64,000 nucleotides of DNA, taken from the NCBI GenBank assembly GCA_963745035.1, contig CAVUVW010000017.1:192001-256000 (forward strand), given 5' to 3'. Below are positions 39,657 through 50,047 of this stretch, in pieces. The DNA comes from an uncultured delta proteobacterium. GTDB taxonomy: Bacteria; Desulfobacterota; Binatia; UBA9968. Under the pieces are notes generated by a model. That model was not told the DNA's origin and did no database searches. It saw only the letters and a list, made by a program, of their open reading frames with translations. Positions within the stretch are counted from its first letter, which is position 1. Every line of letters starts with the position of its first letter. A program made the translations under genes and the position numbers.

Positions 39657-40811
39657 ATGCCCCGTCAGTATAGATGCATTTCCGGCGACGGACACATCGA
39701 TCTCAATCCGGATATTTGGCGCGATCGCGTGCAAGCGAAGTGGCGCGACCGCGCGCCGAAGCGCGTGAAGATGCCCAACGGCTCCGACGCCGTCGTCATC
39801 GACGGCGGCAAGCCGAACACGATCGGCATCACGCGCAGCGTGCGCGTCGCCCACGTCGACTTGGCCAAGCAGGTGCCAACCTTCGAAACCTGCGCCGGCA
39901 CGGGCGCGCCCGAGCAGCGGCTGGCCGAACAGGATCAGGACGGCATCGACTGCGAGATCTTGTTTTCGCAAATCACGTTCGTTTTGCGCCAGACCAAAGA
40001 CGATGACTTCTACAAAGACTGCATCCGAGCGTACAACGAGTTTCTCGGCGAAGAGTATATGGCGGCGGCGCCGGACCGGCTGGTCTGCATGGGCACCTTG
40101 CCGACCACCGGGGTCGATGACGCGATCAAAGAAATGGAGCACTGCGCCAGGCTCGGCATGAAAGGCGTCAAGCTCGACCGCTATCCAAGCGGCAAGAGCT
40201 ATCCGACGCCGGCAGACGACAAATTCTGGGCGGCGGCGCTCGATATGAACATCGCGCTGACGAATCACAACAACGGCAACATGGGCTCGGGCAAAGGCGA
40301 GCCGGATTATCTCTATCCAAAGGACCCGGGCCACGACGTGCACCAGAAAGACGCCTTCAAATTCTTTACGCGCTTCTCCAATGACGCCATGACGGCGACC
40401 ATGCAGATGGCGTTCGCCGGCGTCTGGGACCGCTTCCCCAAGCTACAATTCTACTGGGCTGAAACCATGATCGGCTGGCTGGAGTACGGTTTGTGGCAAA
40501 TCGACGATCATTACAAGCGCTACATGGGCATGATCCAGGAGGCGTGGGGTCTGCCTAAATTGGACCGCATGCCGAGCGAATACTTGAAGGACCGCAACTA
40601 TTGGGGATTTCTTCGCGATCCGGTGGGTCTCAAACGGCGCGCCGCGATCGGCTACGACAAGATCATGTGGGGCACCGACTTCGCCCACGCCGCGAGCGAC
40701 TTCCCCAACTCGCAAAAATATCTGGCGGAAGATTTCGCCGGCGTGCCGGAAAACGAAAAGCGCGCCATGACAGTGGACAATTGTGTGAAATATTTTCGTC
40801 TTGATCGGTAG
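39657..40811 (+). CDS. Amidohydrolase_2-family protein
   Basis: ISGDGH, RAYNEFL, DRFPKL..AE, MWGTDFAH. Confidence 0.88.
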   Translation: MPRQYRCISGDGHIDLNPDIWRDRVQAKWRDRAPKRVKMPNGSDAVVIDGGKPNTIGITRSVRVAHVDLAKQVPTFETCAGTGAPEQRLAEQDQDGIDCEILFSQITFVLRQTKDDDFYKDCIRAYNEFLGEEYMAAAPDRLVCMGTLPTTGVDDAIKEMEHCARLGMKGVKLDRYPSGKSYPTPADDKFWAAALDMNIALTNHNNGNMGSGKGEPDYLYPKDPGHDVHQKDAFKFFTRFSNDAMTATMQMAFAGVWDRFPKLQFYWAETMIGWLEYGLWQIDDHYKRYMGMIQEAWGLPKLDRMPSEYLKDRNYWGFLRDPVGLKRRAAIGYDKIMWGTDFAHAASDFPNSQKYLAEDFAGVPENEKRAMTVDNCVKYFRLDR

Positions 40812-40817
40812 AATGAT

Positions 40818-40900
40818 TCACCACGAAGGCGAAGATCACGAAAGTTAAAATGATTCGTGTTCAAACTCCGACTTCGTGTCCTTCGCAACCTTCGTGGTGA
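40818..40900. repeat. TCACC...GGTGA palindromic element (CACGAAG variant)
   Basis: tcaccacgaaggcgaagatcacgaaag ... cttcgtgtccttcgcaaccttcgtggtga. Confidence 0.75.
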
Positions 40901-40926
40901 GATGAATCTGCTTGGGAGTGCACGAT

Positions 40927-41949
40927 ATGAGCGACGTCGGAACCACGCACGAAGATCTCGAGCGCTTTCTCGCCGAGCATCATCTCGTCGGCGCGGGGCT
41001 GAGGCGCGACGGGCGCGCGGCGCCGCGTCGGGGCAACACCGCAGCGCACTGGAAGTGGGACGGCATCTATCGCGGCCTCATGCGCTCGGGCGAGATCGTC
41101 ACCGTCGGGCCTCAAGGAATGACCGGCATGCGCTCGGTCGTCGGCGTCGAGGCGCGCAGCTTTCCGATCTGGATGAACGCGCAGATTCTCATGCCCGGCG
41201 AACGCACCCAGGCGCATCGCAACCTACGCAGCGAAACGCGCCTGGTTTGCCAGGCGCCGAAGGAAGCGGTCTTTGTCTGCGAATACGAAGCCTATCCGAT
41301 GGAGCGCGGCGACATCATCGTCAGCCCGCCGTGGACGTTTCACGATCACTGGAACAAAGACACCACGCCGGCGATCTGGATCGACGGTTACGACAACGGC
41401 TACAACCCCAACGTGAACATCAACGAGCGCATGCCCAACGACGCGCCCTACGAGGAAATCAAAAAACCGGCGGCCTACGGTCAGCGCACGCTCGGGCTGG
41501 CGCGGCCGATACCGAATGAAGCGCCGTTTCCGCTCCCGCCCATGCGTTATCCCTGGTCCGATAGTCGGGCCGCGCTGACGGCGCTTCGGGAAAATGGCGA
41601 GAGCGATCCCTGCGACGGCATCATGATCATGCTCGCCAGCCCCGTGGACGGCGGCCCGACCTTGCCGACGATCGCGTGGCAAGCGCAGTTACTGACGAGA
41701 AAGCAAAAAACTTTGCCGCACCGTCACAACAGTACTACTTTCTACTTCGCCTTCGAAGGAGAGGGCGCTGTAGTCATCGAAACCGAACGGCTGCAATACG
41801 GGCAGGGCGATATCTTCGCCGTGCCGGCATGGACCTGGCATCATCACGAGAATACCAACGATGATGACACGATTCTTTTCTCTATCGACGATTGGCCGGC
41901 GATGAGGAAGCTCGGCTTCTACATGAAGGAAGAAGCGAAGGGCATCTAA
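40927..41949 (+). CDS. Second, divergent gentisate dioxygenase-family bicupin
   Basis: HRN, PPWTFHDH, GGPTLPTI, HRHNST, VPAWTWHHH. Confidence 0.82.
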   Translation: MSDVGTTHEDLERFLAEHHLVGAGLRRDGRAAPRRGNTAAHWKWDGIYRGLMRSGEIVTVGPQGMTGMRSVVGVEARSFPIWMNAQILMPGERTQAHRNLRSETRLVCQAPKEAVFVCEYEAYPMERGDIIVSPPWTFHDHWNKDTTPAIWIDGYDNGYNPNVNINERMPNDAPYEEIKKPAAYGQRTLGLARPIPNEAPFPLPPMRYPWSDSRAALTALRENGESDPCDGIMIMLASPVDGGPTLPTIAWQAQLLTRKQKTLPHRHNSTTFYFAFEGEGAVVIETERLQYGQGDIFAVPAWTWHHHENTNDDDTILFSIDDWPAMRKLGFYMKEEAKGI

Positions 41950-41976
41950 ACCTGCGCTTCTAGGCGGAAAATCACT

Positions 41977-42700
41977 TCAACGCTGATCAGAGGCTTCCGA
42001 CGCATACGGCATCGCCGGCAGAGAAAATGAGAAGGTGGATCCGGCGCCTTGGTCGCTGACCACCCAAATTTTTCCCCCGTGCGCTTCGACGATCATTTTA
42101 CAGATAACTAGGCCAAGCCCCGTTCCCTTTTGAGTAGAAGCTTTTAGACTGTCAGCTTGACGGTATTTTTGGAAAATATGGTCGATCTCATCAGCGGCGA
42201 TCCCATCCCCATTGTCTTTGACCCAGACGTTTACCCATCCGCCGTCCATCGCGTGCGCCCCGACCTCGATTTCGCCATCCTCGGAGGTAAACTTGATGGC
42301 GTTGCTGATGAGGTTGCCCAGGACCTGATCTAAACGTCGCGGGTCGGCGCCGATCAGAGGGAGCGATGAAACGATGGCATTATGGATCGAGATTTGTTTT
42401 TCCGGGGCCAAAACGCCGTAGCTCTCCACGGACGTTTCGATCAATTCTTTCAGGTCGACTCTTTCCCGTTTCACGTCAACGTAGCCCGACTCCAGTTTCG
42501 AGACGTCGAGGAAATCGTTCACGAGCTCGACGAGGCTGCGGCTGTTGGTCTGAATCCTCATGAGCCATTTCGTTTGCTCTTCGGTTACGCTGCCAAATAT
42601 ACCCTGCATCATGACCTCCGCCACTCCCGTAATGTTCATCAAAGGGGAGCGCAGGTCGTGCGCGATCATCGCGGAAAAATCCGCCTGCAGTTTGTTCGTT
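41977..42700 (-). pseudogene. Sensor-less histidine kinase (HisKA plus HATPase_c), probably truncated
   Basis: AHDLRSPL, NLISNAIKFT, DNGDG, GTGLGL; in-frame stop at ~42740 upstream. Confidence 0.7.
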
Positions 42701-42823
42701 TGAACGTGAAGTCGCGGAACCGAGAGGTTAATTTGGGTTTACATTCGGCCTTCGTTCACCGGTTCGATCTCGCAGATTATTCGGTAGAGTCCTGCAAAGG
42801 TTTCGTGTAAGAGAGACAGCACC

Positions 42824-43996
42824 ATGAGCCTTGCCGCGTCAACGCCCATCGCCGCAGCCTCTGCCAAAGTCGCTGTGCGCCTCGCGGGATTGTGGAAAAC
42901 CTATCCGGGCGGCGCCAATCCGGCGGTGAAAGATCTCTCGCTCGACGTGCTCGACGGCGAAATCCTGACCTTGCTCGGCCCGAGCGGCTGCGGCAAGACG
43001 ACGACCTTGCGCATGGTCGCGGGCTTGGAAACCCCCGACGCCGGCGATATTTTTTTCGGCGATCAGGCTGTTGTCATGACCTCGCGGCAAATTTCTTTGC
43101 CACCCAACAAGCGCAATGTCGGCATGGTCTTTCAATCCTACGCCATCTGGCCGCACATGACGGTGGCGGAAAACGTCGCTTTCCCGCTCAAGGCGCGCCG
43201 ATTTCCGCGGACGGAAATCAAGGAGCGCGTTCATCGCGTCCTCGATCTTGTCGGCTTGGCGGGATACGAAGATCGACCCGGGCCGCTCCTAAGCGGCGGA
43301 CAGCAGCAGCGCGTCGCCTTTGCGCGCGCGCTGGTCACCGAGCCGCGCGTTTTGCTCCTCGATGAGCCGTTCAGCAATCTCGACGCCAAACTGCGCGAGC
43401 AGATGCGCCTCAGCGTCAAGCTGCTGCAGAAGCGATTGCACATCGCGATGCTGTTCGTCACCCACGACCAGATCGAGGCACTGAGTTTGTCCAATCGCAT
43501 CGCGCTGATGAACTTCGGTGTCGTACAGCAGCAAGGCGACCCGCGCCTGCTTTACGAAGAGCCGGTCAACGAGTTCGTGCGCGACTTTGTCGGCAGAACT
43601 TTATTGTTCAAAGGCACGGTGCAAACCGCCAATCCGTCGGGCCAGATGGCGATCGCGCTCGCCGGCGCGCGCGACTGCATCGTGTTTGGGCGCAGCTACA
43701 ATCCGGGCGGCGTCAAAGCGGGCGAATCCGTCTACATCGGCGTTCGTCCCGAGGACGTGGAGATCCGCCCGGCGCTCGGCGGCGAGGCGCCCGCGGGTAT
43801 GATTGGCGGCAAGGCGCAGACCGCCCTGTTCGTCGGCGAGCGCATCGAATACCAAGTCGAAGTCGACGGCCAAGGCGTGATCATGATTTACGGCGAACGC
43901 CACGAGCCGGTCGAGGAAGGCAGCAAGGTCTGGTTGACGCTACGGCCCGACGGCCACACGGCGTGGGCATCGGATTGGTCGCACAAGGAAGAGTGA
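42824..43996 (+). CDS. ABC ATPase (FbpC/PotA-like)
   Basis: GPSGCGKT, LSGGQQQR, LLLDEP, TOBE-like tail. Confidence 0.93.
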   Translation: MSLAASTPIAAASAKVAVRLAGLWKTYPGGANPAVKDLSLDVLDGEILTLLGPSGCGKTTTLRMVAGLETPDAGDIFFGDQAVVMTSRQISLPPNKRNVGMVFQSYAIWPHMTVAENVAFPLKARRFPRTEIKERVHRVLDLVGLAGYEDRPGPLLSGGQQQRVAFARALVTEPRVLLLDEPFSNLDAKLREQMRLSVKLLQKRLHIAMLFVTHDQIEALSLSNRIALMNFGVVQQQGDPRLLYEEPVNEFVRDFVGRTLLFKGTVQTANPSGQMAIALAGARDCIVFGRSYNPGGVKAGESVYIGVRPEDVEIRPALGGEAPAGMIGGKAQTALFVGERIEYQVEVDGQGVIMIYGERHEPVEEGSKVWLTLRPDGHTAWASDWSHKEE

Positions 43997-44013
43997 TTAT
44001 GAAGGAGAGATAC

Positions 44014-45192
44014 ATGGAAAGCAGAGAAATATTGACGTATCGCGCCGCAACCCTATGGGCCCTATTCGTCCTATTCGTCCTTCCACCGCAGATCACCCTC
44101 GCCGCCGCGCCGCAGCCGCCGGCCAATTTCGAGCAGGAATGGTCCAAGCTCGCCGCCGCGGCCAAGCAGGAAGGCACGTTGGCGATCGCATCGGGCGGCG
44201 CGCCATCGCGCCAGTACCGCCCGGTGATCGACGCGTTCTCGAAAAAGTTCGGCGTCAAAGTCGAAGTCTCGACCGGCAACGCGACCGATACCGTCAATCG
44301 CGTGCTCGCCGAGCGCAAGGCCGGGCGCTACACCGTCGACGTCGCGTTGATCAGCGTGCGTGAAAATCAGCAGCGCCTGGTGCCGTCGGAATCGGTGGTG
44401 CCATTCGCGCCTCTGCTCATCCATCCCGAAGTGGTCAATGCGTCTCTCTGGTACGGCGGCAAACACTGGTATGGCGACAAGGATTCCAAATTCGCTTTCA
44501 TCTATCACGCAGCCGTCGAGGATCAGTACGAGGTCTGGTTCAACACCGAGAAACTCAAGGAAGCGGATATTCTTACGGTCAAAAAGCAAAGCGATATCTT
44601 CGACCCGCGTTGGAAAGGCAAGATCCAAGGCCAAGGCATGGGCGATCCGTCCGGCATTCGCCAGATGATCGACGCCTATTTCGAGCCCGATCGCGGGCCC
44701 GATTGGGTGAAGACTTATCTCACCGGCGCCGGCGTGACGTTTTCGGACGACCGGCGGATTTTGGAAACTTGGCTCGTCGGCGGCCGGTTTTCCGTGCAGT
44801 TTGTCTCAACCGCGGAAGAGGAGCTGCGCGCGTTGGCGAAAAAAGGGTTGCCGGTGAAACAGGTCTTCTTGCCCAAGCAAGTCGGCATGATCCGCGCCGC
44901 GGGCTCGGGATGCTGCATCTCCGCTTTCGCCAACGCGCCGCATCCGAATGCGGCAAAGTTGTTCATCAACTGGTTTCTGTCCAAGGAAGGCCAAACCCTC
45001 ACCCATACTTTGATCCCCAACATCGATCGCTCTTCGCTGCGCAACGATGTGCCCGTTGGCGAGGTCGTTTCAGATCAGCAGCGCAAGCCCGGCAAGCAGT
45101 ATTCCTTCCCCGACGCCGAACCCGGCATGGGCGCGAAACACGAAGAAGCGCAGAAGGTGATCTTCAAGATCTGGGAGTCGAGGCAAAAATAG
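44014..45192 (+). CDS. ABC extracellular SBP (AfuA-like)
   Basis: AAKQEGTL...APHPNAAKLFINWFLSKEGQ. Confidence 0.88.
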   Translation: MESREILTYRAATLWALFVLFVLPPQITLAAAPQPPANFEQEWSKLAAAAKQEGTLAIASGGAPSRQYRPVIDAFSKKFGVKVEVSTGNATDTVNRVLAERKAGRYTVDVALISVRENQQRLVPSESVVPFAPLLIHPEVVNASLWYGGKHWYGDKDSKFAFIYHAAVEDQYEVWFNTEKLKEADILTVKKQSDIFDPRWKGKIQGQGMGDPSGIRQMIDAYFEPDRGPDWVKTYLTGAGVTFSDDRRILETWLVGGRFSVQFVSTAEEELRALAKKGLPVKQVFLPKQVGMIRAAGSGCCISAFANAPHPNAAKLFINWFLSKEGQTLTHTLIPNIDRSSLRNDVPVGEVVSDQQRKPGKQYSFPDAEPGMGAKHEEAQKVIFKIWESRQK

Positions 45193-45202
45193 CTCTCGAA
45201 GA

Positions 45203-45299
45203 GTTCAAGCTGTTCAACGTTCAAGCAGTTCAAATCGCCGGATTCCTGTGCGACGGACTCAACGGTTTGAACGTTTTGAACTATTTGAACGGCTTGAAC
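45203..45299. repeat. GTTCAA/TTGAAC inverted-arm element inside the ABC operon
   Basis: gttcaagctgttcaacgttcaagcagttcaa ... ttgaacgttttgaactatttgaacggcttgaac. Confidence 0.75.
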
Positions 45300-45311
45300 A
45301 AATTGTTGTAG

Positions 45312-47108
45312 TTGCCCGTGGACCAATCCCCCACTTTAGAGCAGTCGCACGTTCCTGGAGCCATTGCCGCGCCGCGCCTGACCAAAGGTCATTTCATCAT
45401 GGCCGCGGTCTTGATAGCGCTCGGGTACTTCCTGATCTGGCCGGTGCTGCTGCTCCTGATCAACAGCTTTAATGCCGCCTCCGATTGGTTTGTCGAGCCG
45501 CGCGACTGGGGAGTCAAGCACTGGATCAATGCCTGGCAGCGGCCCGGCTTGCTCACCTCGCTCGGCAACTCGCTGCTGGTCTGGTCGTTGACTGTTTGCG
45601 TCAGCTTTCCCATCGGCGTGGCCATCGCCTGGCTGCTCGCGCGCACCAGGACTCCCTTCAGCCATACGTTGGAATTTCTTTTTTGGGTTTCCTACATGGT
45701 GCCCTCGCTGCCGACGACCATCGCCTGGATCACCCTGCTCGACCCCGACATCGGCATAATCAACGTGGCGCTCAAAAAACTGTTCGCTCTCGAGCAGGGC
45801 CCGTTCAATATTTTCAGCGTGCCGGGCATCGTCTGGGCAAATCTGATGGGCCACGGCATTTCGATCAAAGTCATGCTCTTGACCCCCGCCTTTCGCAACA
45901 TGGACTCGACTCTGGAAGAAGCCGCTCGCGTGGGCGGCGCGAGCAATCTAAGAACGCTTTTCAAAGTCACCCTGCCGCTGATGATTTCGCCGATGATGAT
46001 GGTGTTCGCGCTCCAGCTCCTGCGCGTGTTTCAATCTTTCGAGACCGAGTATCTGTTGGGCATGCCTTTCGGCTTTTTCGTCTACTCGACCAAAATTTTC
46101 ACTCTGATCCGCAATCAGATTCCGAACTACGGCGAGGCCACGGTGCTGGCGAGCCTCACCTTGCTGATGATTGCGTTGATCATTCCGCTGCAGCGCTGGA
46201 TTTTGGAGCGGCGCCGCTACACGACGATCACCGGCAATTTTCGTCCCGGCCTGATCGACCTCGGCAGATGGAATTACGTCGCGTTCGGCGTCATCGCCTT
46301 GCTGCTCGCCTTGCTGACCGTCGGGCCTCTTGCGATCCTGGTGCTCGGAAGTTTCATGCAGCGGATCGGCTATTTCGTCCTGGGGTACACTCTCGATCAT
46401 TGGCGGCTGGTGCTGACCGATCCCGTGTTCGTCAAGGCGCTGCGCACCACCTTGGTCCTCGCGGTAACCGCGGGCATTTGCAGTCCACTGCTTTTTTCCG
46501 TGCTCGCCTACATACTCGTGCGCACGCGTTTGCCCGGTCGCGGCGCACTGGATCTGATGATCTGGAGCTCAGGCGCCGTTCCGGGCATCCTCGCGGGGTT
46601 GGGTTTGCTCTGGGTTTTTATCGGCACGCCGGGTTTGAATTTTCTTTTCGGCACGATCTGGGCGTTGATCATCGTCGTCCTGCTGCAAGGCAAGACCACC
46701 GGCGTCAATATCGTGAAGGGCGTGCTCGTGCAGGTCGGCGCTGACATGGAAGAAGCCGCGCGCGTCGCCGGCGCCGGTTGGATCAGAACCTACTTCCGCA
46801 TCTGGCTGCCGCTTTTAATGCCGACCATGATTCTTCTTGCGGTGATGAATTTCGTGAGCGCCGCCGGCGCCACCAGCAGCATTATCTTGCTCGCGTCGCG
46901 CGACACCATGACGCTCTCGCTCATGGCGCTCGAATTGTCTTCCGTCGCGATCAGCAACCGCGAAGCCGCGAGTATCATCAGCATCTTCATTGTCCTGTTT
47001 ACCGTCACCGGCGCCCTCCTCGTCCGCTATTTCGGCCGCCGCTTCGGCGTGCGCCACGACCTGCGCGCCAGCGAAGGCGTAGCGCAAGCGCGCATCGCTG
47101 CGCGCTAG
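45312..47108 (+). CDS. ABC permease with duplicated TMD (FbpB-like)
   Basis: Two EEAARV.GA motifs. Confidence 0.92.
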   Translation: MPVDQSPTLEQSHVPGAIAAPRLTKGHFIMAAVLIALGYFLIWPVLLLLINSFNAASDWFVEPRDWGVKHWINAWQRPGLLTSLGNSLLVWSLTVCVSFPIGVAIAWLLARTRTPFSHTLEFLFWVSYMVPSLPTTIAWITLLDPDIGIINVALKKLFALEQGPFNIFSVPGIVWANLMGHGISIKVMLLTPAFRNMDSTLEEAARVGGASNLRTLFKVTLPLMISPMMMVFALQLLRVFQSFETEYLLGMPFGFFVYSTKIFTLIRNQIPNYGEATVLASLTLLMIALIIPLQRWILERRRYTTITGNFRPGLIDLGRWNYVAFGVIALLLALLTVGPLAILVLGSFMQRIGYFVLGYTLDHWRLVLTDPVFVKALRTTLVLAVTAGICSPLLFSVLAYILVRTRLPGRGALDLMIWSSGAVPGILAGLGLLWVFIGTPGLNFLFGTIWALIIVVLLQGKTTGVNIVKGVLVQVGADMEEAARVAGAGWIRTYFRIWLPLLMPTMILLAVMNFVSAAGATSSIILLASRDTMTLSLMALELSSVAISNREAASIISIFIVLFTVTGALLVRYFGRRFGVRHDLRASEGVAQARIAAR

Positions 47109-47301
47109 TTGATGATCGGATAGCGCTGCGCCTTTCGGCGGACGGGCAACCGCAGGTTGACGCTGCATCGCGAACCACTGTTTCAAAGCCATTCAATGCA
47201 GATCGTGGCGCATGTTGCCCGGCGTCAAGCGGCGAGACTCATCATTGCTTTTTTCCCGGAGGTGAAATAATCAGACGTAGAGAATCCCAAGGAGGCGCAC
47301 G

Positions 47302-48924
47302 ATGGCTGGACCCAATGTCGCGGATGCTTTGATCGAATATTTGAGCTCGAGAGGGGTCGAGAATATTTTTGGCGTGCTGGCGCATACGTCGTTTGCGATC
47401 GGCGATGCGATCGCCAGGCGGCCCCATATGAAGTTCGTCAACGCGCAGCACGAGGGCGGCGCGGGCAACATGGCGCTCGGTTATGCGCGCGCGGCGAAAA
47501 AGCCGGCGGTCTGTTTGGTCTCCGCGGGCGGCGGCGCGACCAATATCGTCACCCCGGTTGCCCAGGCTCATAAAGAATCGGTGCCGCTGTTCGTCATCTC
47601 CTCGGATATCGACACCGCCGCTTCGGCGAAAAGCCCCTATTCGTCGTTCCATGGCATGGAGCATGTCCGGCTCTTCCAGCCGATTACCAAACAAAGCGCC
47701 AAGCTCGAGCGCGTCGAGGAGCTGGGTTCGCTGCTCGATTCACTTTTTCGCCAAACCACCCGCGGACGGCAAGGGCCGGTGTTTTTCATCGTCCCCGAGG
47801 ATCTGCAGCACGAGCATCTGCCCGAGCCGTTGAGCTTCACGCCCAGAGCGGAACCGGTCGCGCCCGCGATGGATGCGGCCGCCGCGCGGTCCGCCGTAGA
47901 TTTGCTGCTGCAGGCAAAATCTCCGGTGGTGCTCGCCGGCACCGGCGTGGATTGGGCAGGCGCGCGCGACGAAGTGCGCGAGCTTGCCGATCTTCTGTCG
48001 CTGCCCGTCGCGGTGAGCTATACGGCCAAAGGCGTTTTCCCCGAGAACCACGCGCTCGCGCTCGGCTGCCTCGGCTTCGGCAGCCGCCCCTACGCGCGCA
48101 AGTTCTTTCAAGAGTCGGATCTGATTCTTGCCCTCGGGGCGACGTTCAGCGAAGGCACGACCATGCGCTTCGGCCATGAGATCATTCCCGAGCAGGCCAA
48201 GATCGTGCAGATCGACACCGATCCCGACGAGCTCGGCGGCAATTATCCGACGGCGCTCTCGATTCAAGCCGACGCCAAGGTCGCGCTGCGCGCGATCATC
48301 GACGAAGTCAAAAAGCGCCAGCCCAAGCCGCCGAACGGTTCAAGAGCCCAAGCGATCAAGCAAGCCAGGGAAGCTTGGAAAAATGAAGTCGAGCGCAAAC
48401 CCGCCAACAACGGCTTGACCTACGAGACCGTGATGCGCGCGCTCAATGATCTGCTCAAGGGCGATGAAATCCTGACCACGTCGGGCATGACCGGCGACAC
48501 CTTGCGCGGCATCGACGCCGTAAACCCGATCATCCATGCCGGCGAGTTCCGCGCCATCGGCACCGCGCTCGCGACCGCCATGGGCGTGAAGCTCGGCCGC
48601 CCCGAAGCGCGCGTGATCTGCGTCACCGGCGACGGCTCGTTCATGATGGAGCAGCAAGAGCTCGCCACCGCGACCTATCACAAGATTCCAATCTTCGTCC
48701 TGATCCTGCGCAACAACGCCTACGGCGGCATGAAGCGCGACCAGATCAAATCCTACGAAGGCCGCGTCATCGGCACCGAGCTTTTTATCCCCGACCTCGC
48801 CAAACTCTCCGAGCTCTATGGCGCCAAAGCCTTCGCGGTGACGAAGAAAGAAGAGTTAAAGCCGGTTTTTCAGCAAGCTCTGGCGTCAGATGATTTTGTC
48901 GTCGTGGATGTGAAGTTGGATTGA
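47302..48924 (+). CDS. Thiamine-diphosphate enzyme (acetolactate synthase-like family)
   Basis: HEGGAGNMA; GDGSF...NNAYG. Confidence 0.9.
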   Translation: MAGPNVADALIEYLSSRGVENIFGVLAHTSFAIGDAIARRPHMKFVNAQHEGGAGNMALGYARAAKKPAVCLVSAGGGATNIVTPVAQAHKESVPLFVISSDIDTAASAKSPYSSFHGMEHVRLFQPITKQSAKLERVEELGSLLDSLFRQTTRGRQGPVFFIVPEDLQHEHLPEPLSFTPRAEPVAPAMDAAAARSAVDLLLQAKSPVVLAGTGVDWAGARDEVRELADLLSLPVAVSYTAKGVFPENHALALGCLGFGSRPYARKFFQESDLILALGATFSEGTTMRFGHEIIPEQAKIVQIDTDPDELGGNYPTALSIQADAKVALRAIIDEVKKRQPKPPNGSRAQAIKQAREAWKNEVERKPANNGLTYETVMRALNDLLKGDEILTTSGMTGDTLRGIDAVNPIIHAGEFRAIGTALATAMGVKLGRPEARVICVTGDGSFMMEQQELATATYHKIPIFVLILRNNAYGGMKRDQIKSYEGRVIGTELFIPDLAKLSELYGAKAFAVTKKEELKPVFQQALASDDFVVVDVKLD

Positions 48925-48948
48925 GCGGCGCAGCAAAGGACTGAAACT

Positions 48949-49425
48949 ATGGCACTTCAGCTACGCCGTGTCGTCACCGGTCACGATGCCAACGGGCGCG
49001 CGGTCGTCAAGATCGACGAGATTTCCAAGAACCAACCTTCCGGACGTCCGGGTCGGTCAGCCTGCGTGGTCTGGACCACGGAATCTTTTCCGGTGGACAA
49101 CGCAGACGATCAGGATGGGAGCAAGCGGCCGGTCGGCACGACTTTGAAAAACGGCACGGTCTTCCGTGTCGTCGAATTCGCGCCCGGCGTTTCACCGCGA
49201 GTTCATCGGACGGATTCCATCGATTACGCCGTCGTCATTTCAGGTGAAATCGACATGGAGCTTGACGATTCCGTCGTTCACCTTAAAGCCGGCGACGTGC
49301 TCGTGCAGCGCGGCACGATTCACAACTGGATCAATCGCTCCAGCGAGCCCTGCGTGATCGCCTTCATCCTCATCGACGCCAAATCCGTCGAAGTTGACGG
49401 TAAGATTCTGCGCGCTGAGGGATAA
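48949..49425 (+). CDS. Cupin-domain protein
   Basis: RRVVTGHD, HRTDSIDY, VQRGTIHNW. Confidence 0.85.
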   Translation: MALQLRRVVTGHDANGRAVVKIDEISKNQPSGRPGRSACVVWTTESFPVDNADDQDGSKRPVGTTLKNGTVFRVVEFAPGVSPRVHRTDSIDYAVVISGEIDMELDDSVVHLKAGDVLVQRGTIHNWINRSSEPCVIAFILIDAKSVEVDGKILRAEG

Positions 49426-49510
49426 TTCTGCGGAGCTGCCCGGACGGTGAAATGTTCAAACGACTCCGCGCCGTACGCGCGAGCGACTCGCCGAGCGACA
49501 AACCTAAAAC

Positions 49511-49960
49511 TCAATCTTGCGGCTGCTTCGATCCGATGCGCTTGGCGACTTGCGCGTGGGCGAGGACCACGCGCGGATCGCGCTGCAAGGCGGCGACATA
49601 GCGCTCGCCGAATTCTCCGCCGCTTTTTGCCGGGACCAGCAAAAAAACCGACTGGTTCATCACCGCATCCACGTCGGCAGTGGTCAGCGGTTCCTTGGCG
49701 TCGAGGGTTTCGTCGATGGCGACGATCAATTGTGAGACGGGGCGCAGCCAGGCAAAATACGAGTCGGTCGTCAGAAGCTGGAAAAAATGATTCGGCGATT
49801 GGATCGGGCCGACGTTCTTCTCGTAAACGATCTTTTCCGAGTCGAGGAGCGCTTTGTGCAGCTTGAGCAGAGCGCCATGCAGCTCGATCAAAGGCTTGCG
49901 CATATCCTCCTGCTCCGTACCCGGCCGTTTCGGTTCATTCATCGCCATCTCTGGACTCAT
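49511..49960 (-). CDS. Hypothetical protein
   Basis: Helical 149 aa ORF, LLKLHKALLD...FAWLRPVSQLIV. Confidence 0.65.
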   Translation of the reverse strand: MSPEMAMNEPKRPGTEQEDMRKPLIELHGALLKLHKALLDSEKIVYEKNVGPIQSPNHFFQLLTTDSYFAWLRPVSQLIVAIDETLDAKEPLTTADVDAVMNQSVFLLVPAKSGGEFGERYVAALQRDPRVVLAHAQVAKRIGSKQPQD

Positions 49961-49987
49961 GCTAGTCGTTACCGGCGCTAAACACCA

Positions 49988-50016
49988 GTAGGGGCGGGTT
50001 TGAAACCCGCCCCTAC
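49988..50016. repeat. GTAG-type REP palindrome
   Basis: gtaggggcgggtttgaaacccgcccctac. Confidence 0.8.
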
Positions 50017-50047
50017 CTCATGCATCGCTCGTCGGTGATGACGGGGG

